DNA of 36,252 nt from a virus (Duplodnaviria > Caudoviricetes): positions 1 to 36,252 of IMG/VR virus record IMGVR_UViG_3300020045_003199; one strand, given 5' to 3'. This document shows, piece by piece, positions 35,490 to 36,252 of this stretch. Numbering within the stretch: the first letter of the stretch is position 1; each line of letters opens with the position of its first letter. The notes beneath the pieces were generated by a model, which worked only from the letters and a program-made list of their open reading frames with translations, searched no databases and was not told where the DNA came from. The translations under genes and the position numbers were made by a program.

Positions 35490-35702
35490 ATGACCGGATA
35501 TTTTGAAGAATCACCAGGAAACCGATCAATAACGCGCTTAGCGTTCTGGTACGGTATTATTTGGGCGGCTTTGTTTACAACAGCTTTCGCGTTCATTAAA
35601 GATTTGTCGTTCGGGGAGGTTGTCGGAATGTTTACCGGTTTGAGTTCGCCGTTTTTTGCGCTGAAATTGATACAGAAGAATATAGAAAATAAAAATCAGT
35701 AG
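35490..35702 (+). CDS. Holin-like two-TM protein
   Basis: SITRL followed by two hydrophobic helices and a basic tail KLIQKNIENK. Confidence 0.65.
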   Translation: MTGYFEESPGNRSITRLAFWYGIIWAALFTTAFAFIKDLSFGEVVGMFTGLSSPFFALKLIQKNIENKNQ

Positions 35703-35705
35703 GAT

Positions 35706-36059
35706 ATGAACAACATCGAATCAGGGTTATTTAAGTTTGGCCTTTGGGCTTTTGGTATTATGTTTTCAGCTATATTTTTAATGGTATCTTTGACTTATAA
35801 AAGTCAGTTAGATACGGCTGATTTTTTAAGAAACCATGCAATAACACAAAGCCAAACAGAAGAATATACAATTAGGCGGTTATCCGTTGATTCAGTTAAC
35901 ATAATTAAACTACAATCAGAAAATTATGATTTAAAAATGTGTATTAAAAGAATATCACCTGAAGTTTACAAAAGTATTTTTTTAGATACTTTTGAAGCAT
36001 TTTACCCGAAACAGGAAGCAATTTTACCAGAAGAAAAATATCATTTAAAACCTGAATAG
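35706..36059 (+). CDS. N-terminal TM plus coiled-coil protein (lysis region)
   Basis: FGLWAFGIMFSAIFLMVSL, then a helical region. Confidence 0.6.
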   Translation: MNNIESGLFKFGLWAFGIMFSAIFLMVSLTYKSQLDTADFLRNHAITQSQTEEYTIRRLSVDSVNIIKLQSENYDLKMCIKRISPEVYKSIFLDTFEAFYPKQEAILPEEKYHLKPE

Positions 36060-36061
36060 TT

Positions 36062-36247
36062 ATGGCAAAATTAACGAGAGAATTAGAATCAGAAGCAGGA
36101 AATAAAAATGCAAATCCTGTTTATTGCACTGCATGTTATCGTAGGTGCTTGCTTTATTATACGGCACTTTCAACGGTTCCGGATGAATATTTAATACCTA
36201 CTGAGTATGGTTTTCCTGAAGATTGCCCGTTACCTAATGAGCAGTAG
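36062..36247 (+). CDS. Small Cys-containing hypothetical protein
   Basis: CTAC..RC...FPEDCPLP. Confidence 0.6.
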   Translation: MAKLTRELESEAGNKNANPVYCTACYRRCLLYYTALSTVPDEYLIPTEYGFPEDCPLPNEQ

Positions 36248-36252
36248 TATGA
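36132..36252. repeat. Terminal direct repeat, copy 2
   Basis: Identical to 1-121. Confidence 0.95.

Overview
The window is an apparently complete, circularly assembled genome of about 36.1 kb (bases 1-121 are repeated exactly at 36132-36252) from a tailed dsDNA siphovirus. The host is probably a Bacteroidota species, inferred from TAnnTTTG-type -7 promoter elements, A-rich leaders without Shine-Dalgarno sites and Bacteroidota-type small proteins. Gene order: a divergent AT-rich control region; early accessory genes; a Rad52/Sak-like annealase and exonuclease; a DNA methyltransferase; HNH and primase-polymerase/DUF3987 replicase followed by an iteron-rich origin; a VRR-NUC nuclease, PAPS-reductase-like enzyme, SSB and a stand-alone DnaA domain-IV protein; terminase, portal, F-like protein, protease and HK97 capsid; a three-glycosyltransferase cassette; a neck/tail module with a -1 frameshift chaperone, tape measure and fibres; and a membrane-protein lysis region. 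I found no recognisable endolysin, integrase, tRNA, CRISPR array or reverse transcriptase. The strongest unexplained signal is a layered regulatory grammar. (1) Five promoters carry a DnaA-box-like 9-mer 35-36 nt upstream of the -7 element, and the phage encodes a lone DnaA DNA-binding domain. (2) Three other promoters carry tandem CRP/FNR-like TGA-N6-TCA sites in helical phase. (3) A hairpin loop is the exact antisense of an AAACCACA motif that precedes six start codons. (4) The replication operon has a pseudoknotted 5' leader. All protein assignments come from motif recognition by eye; no searches were run.
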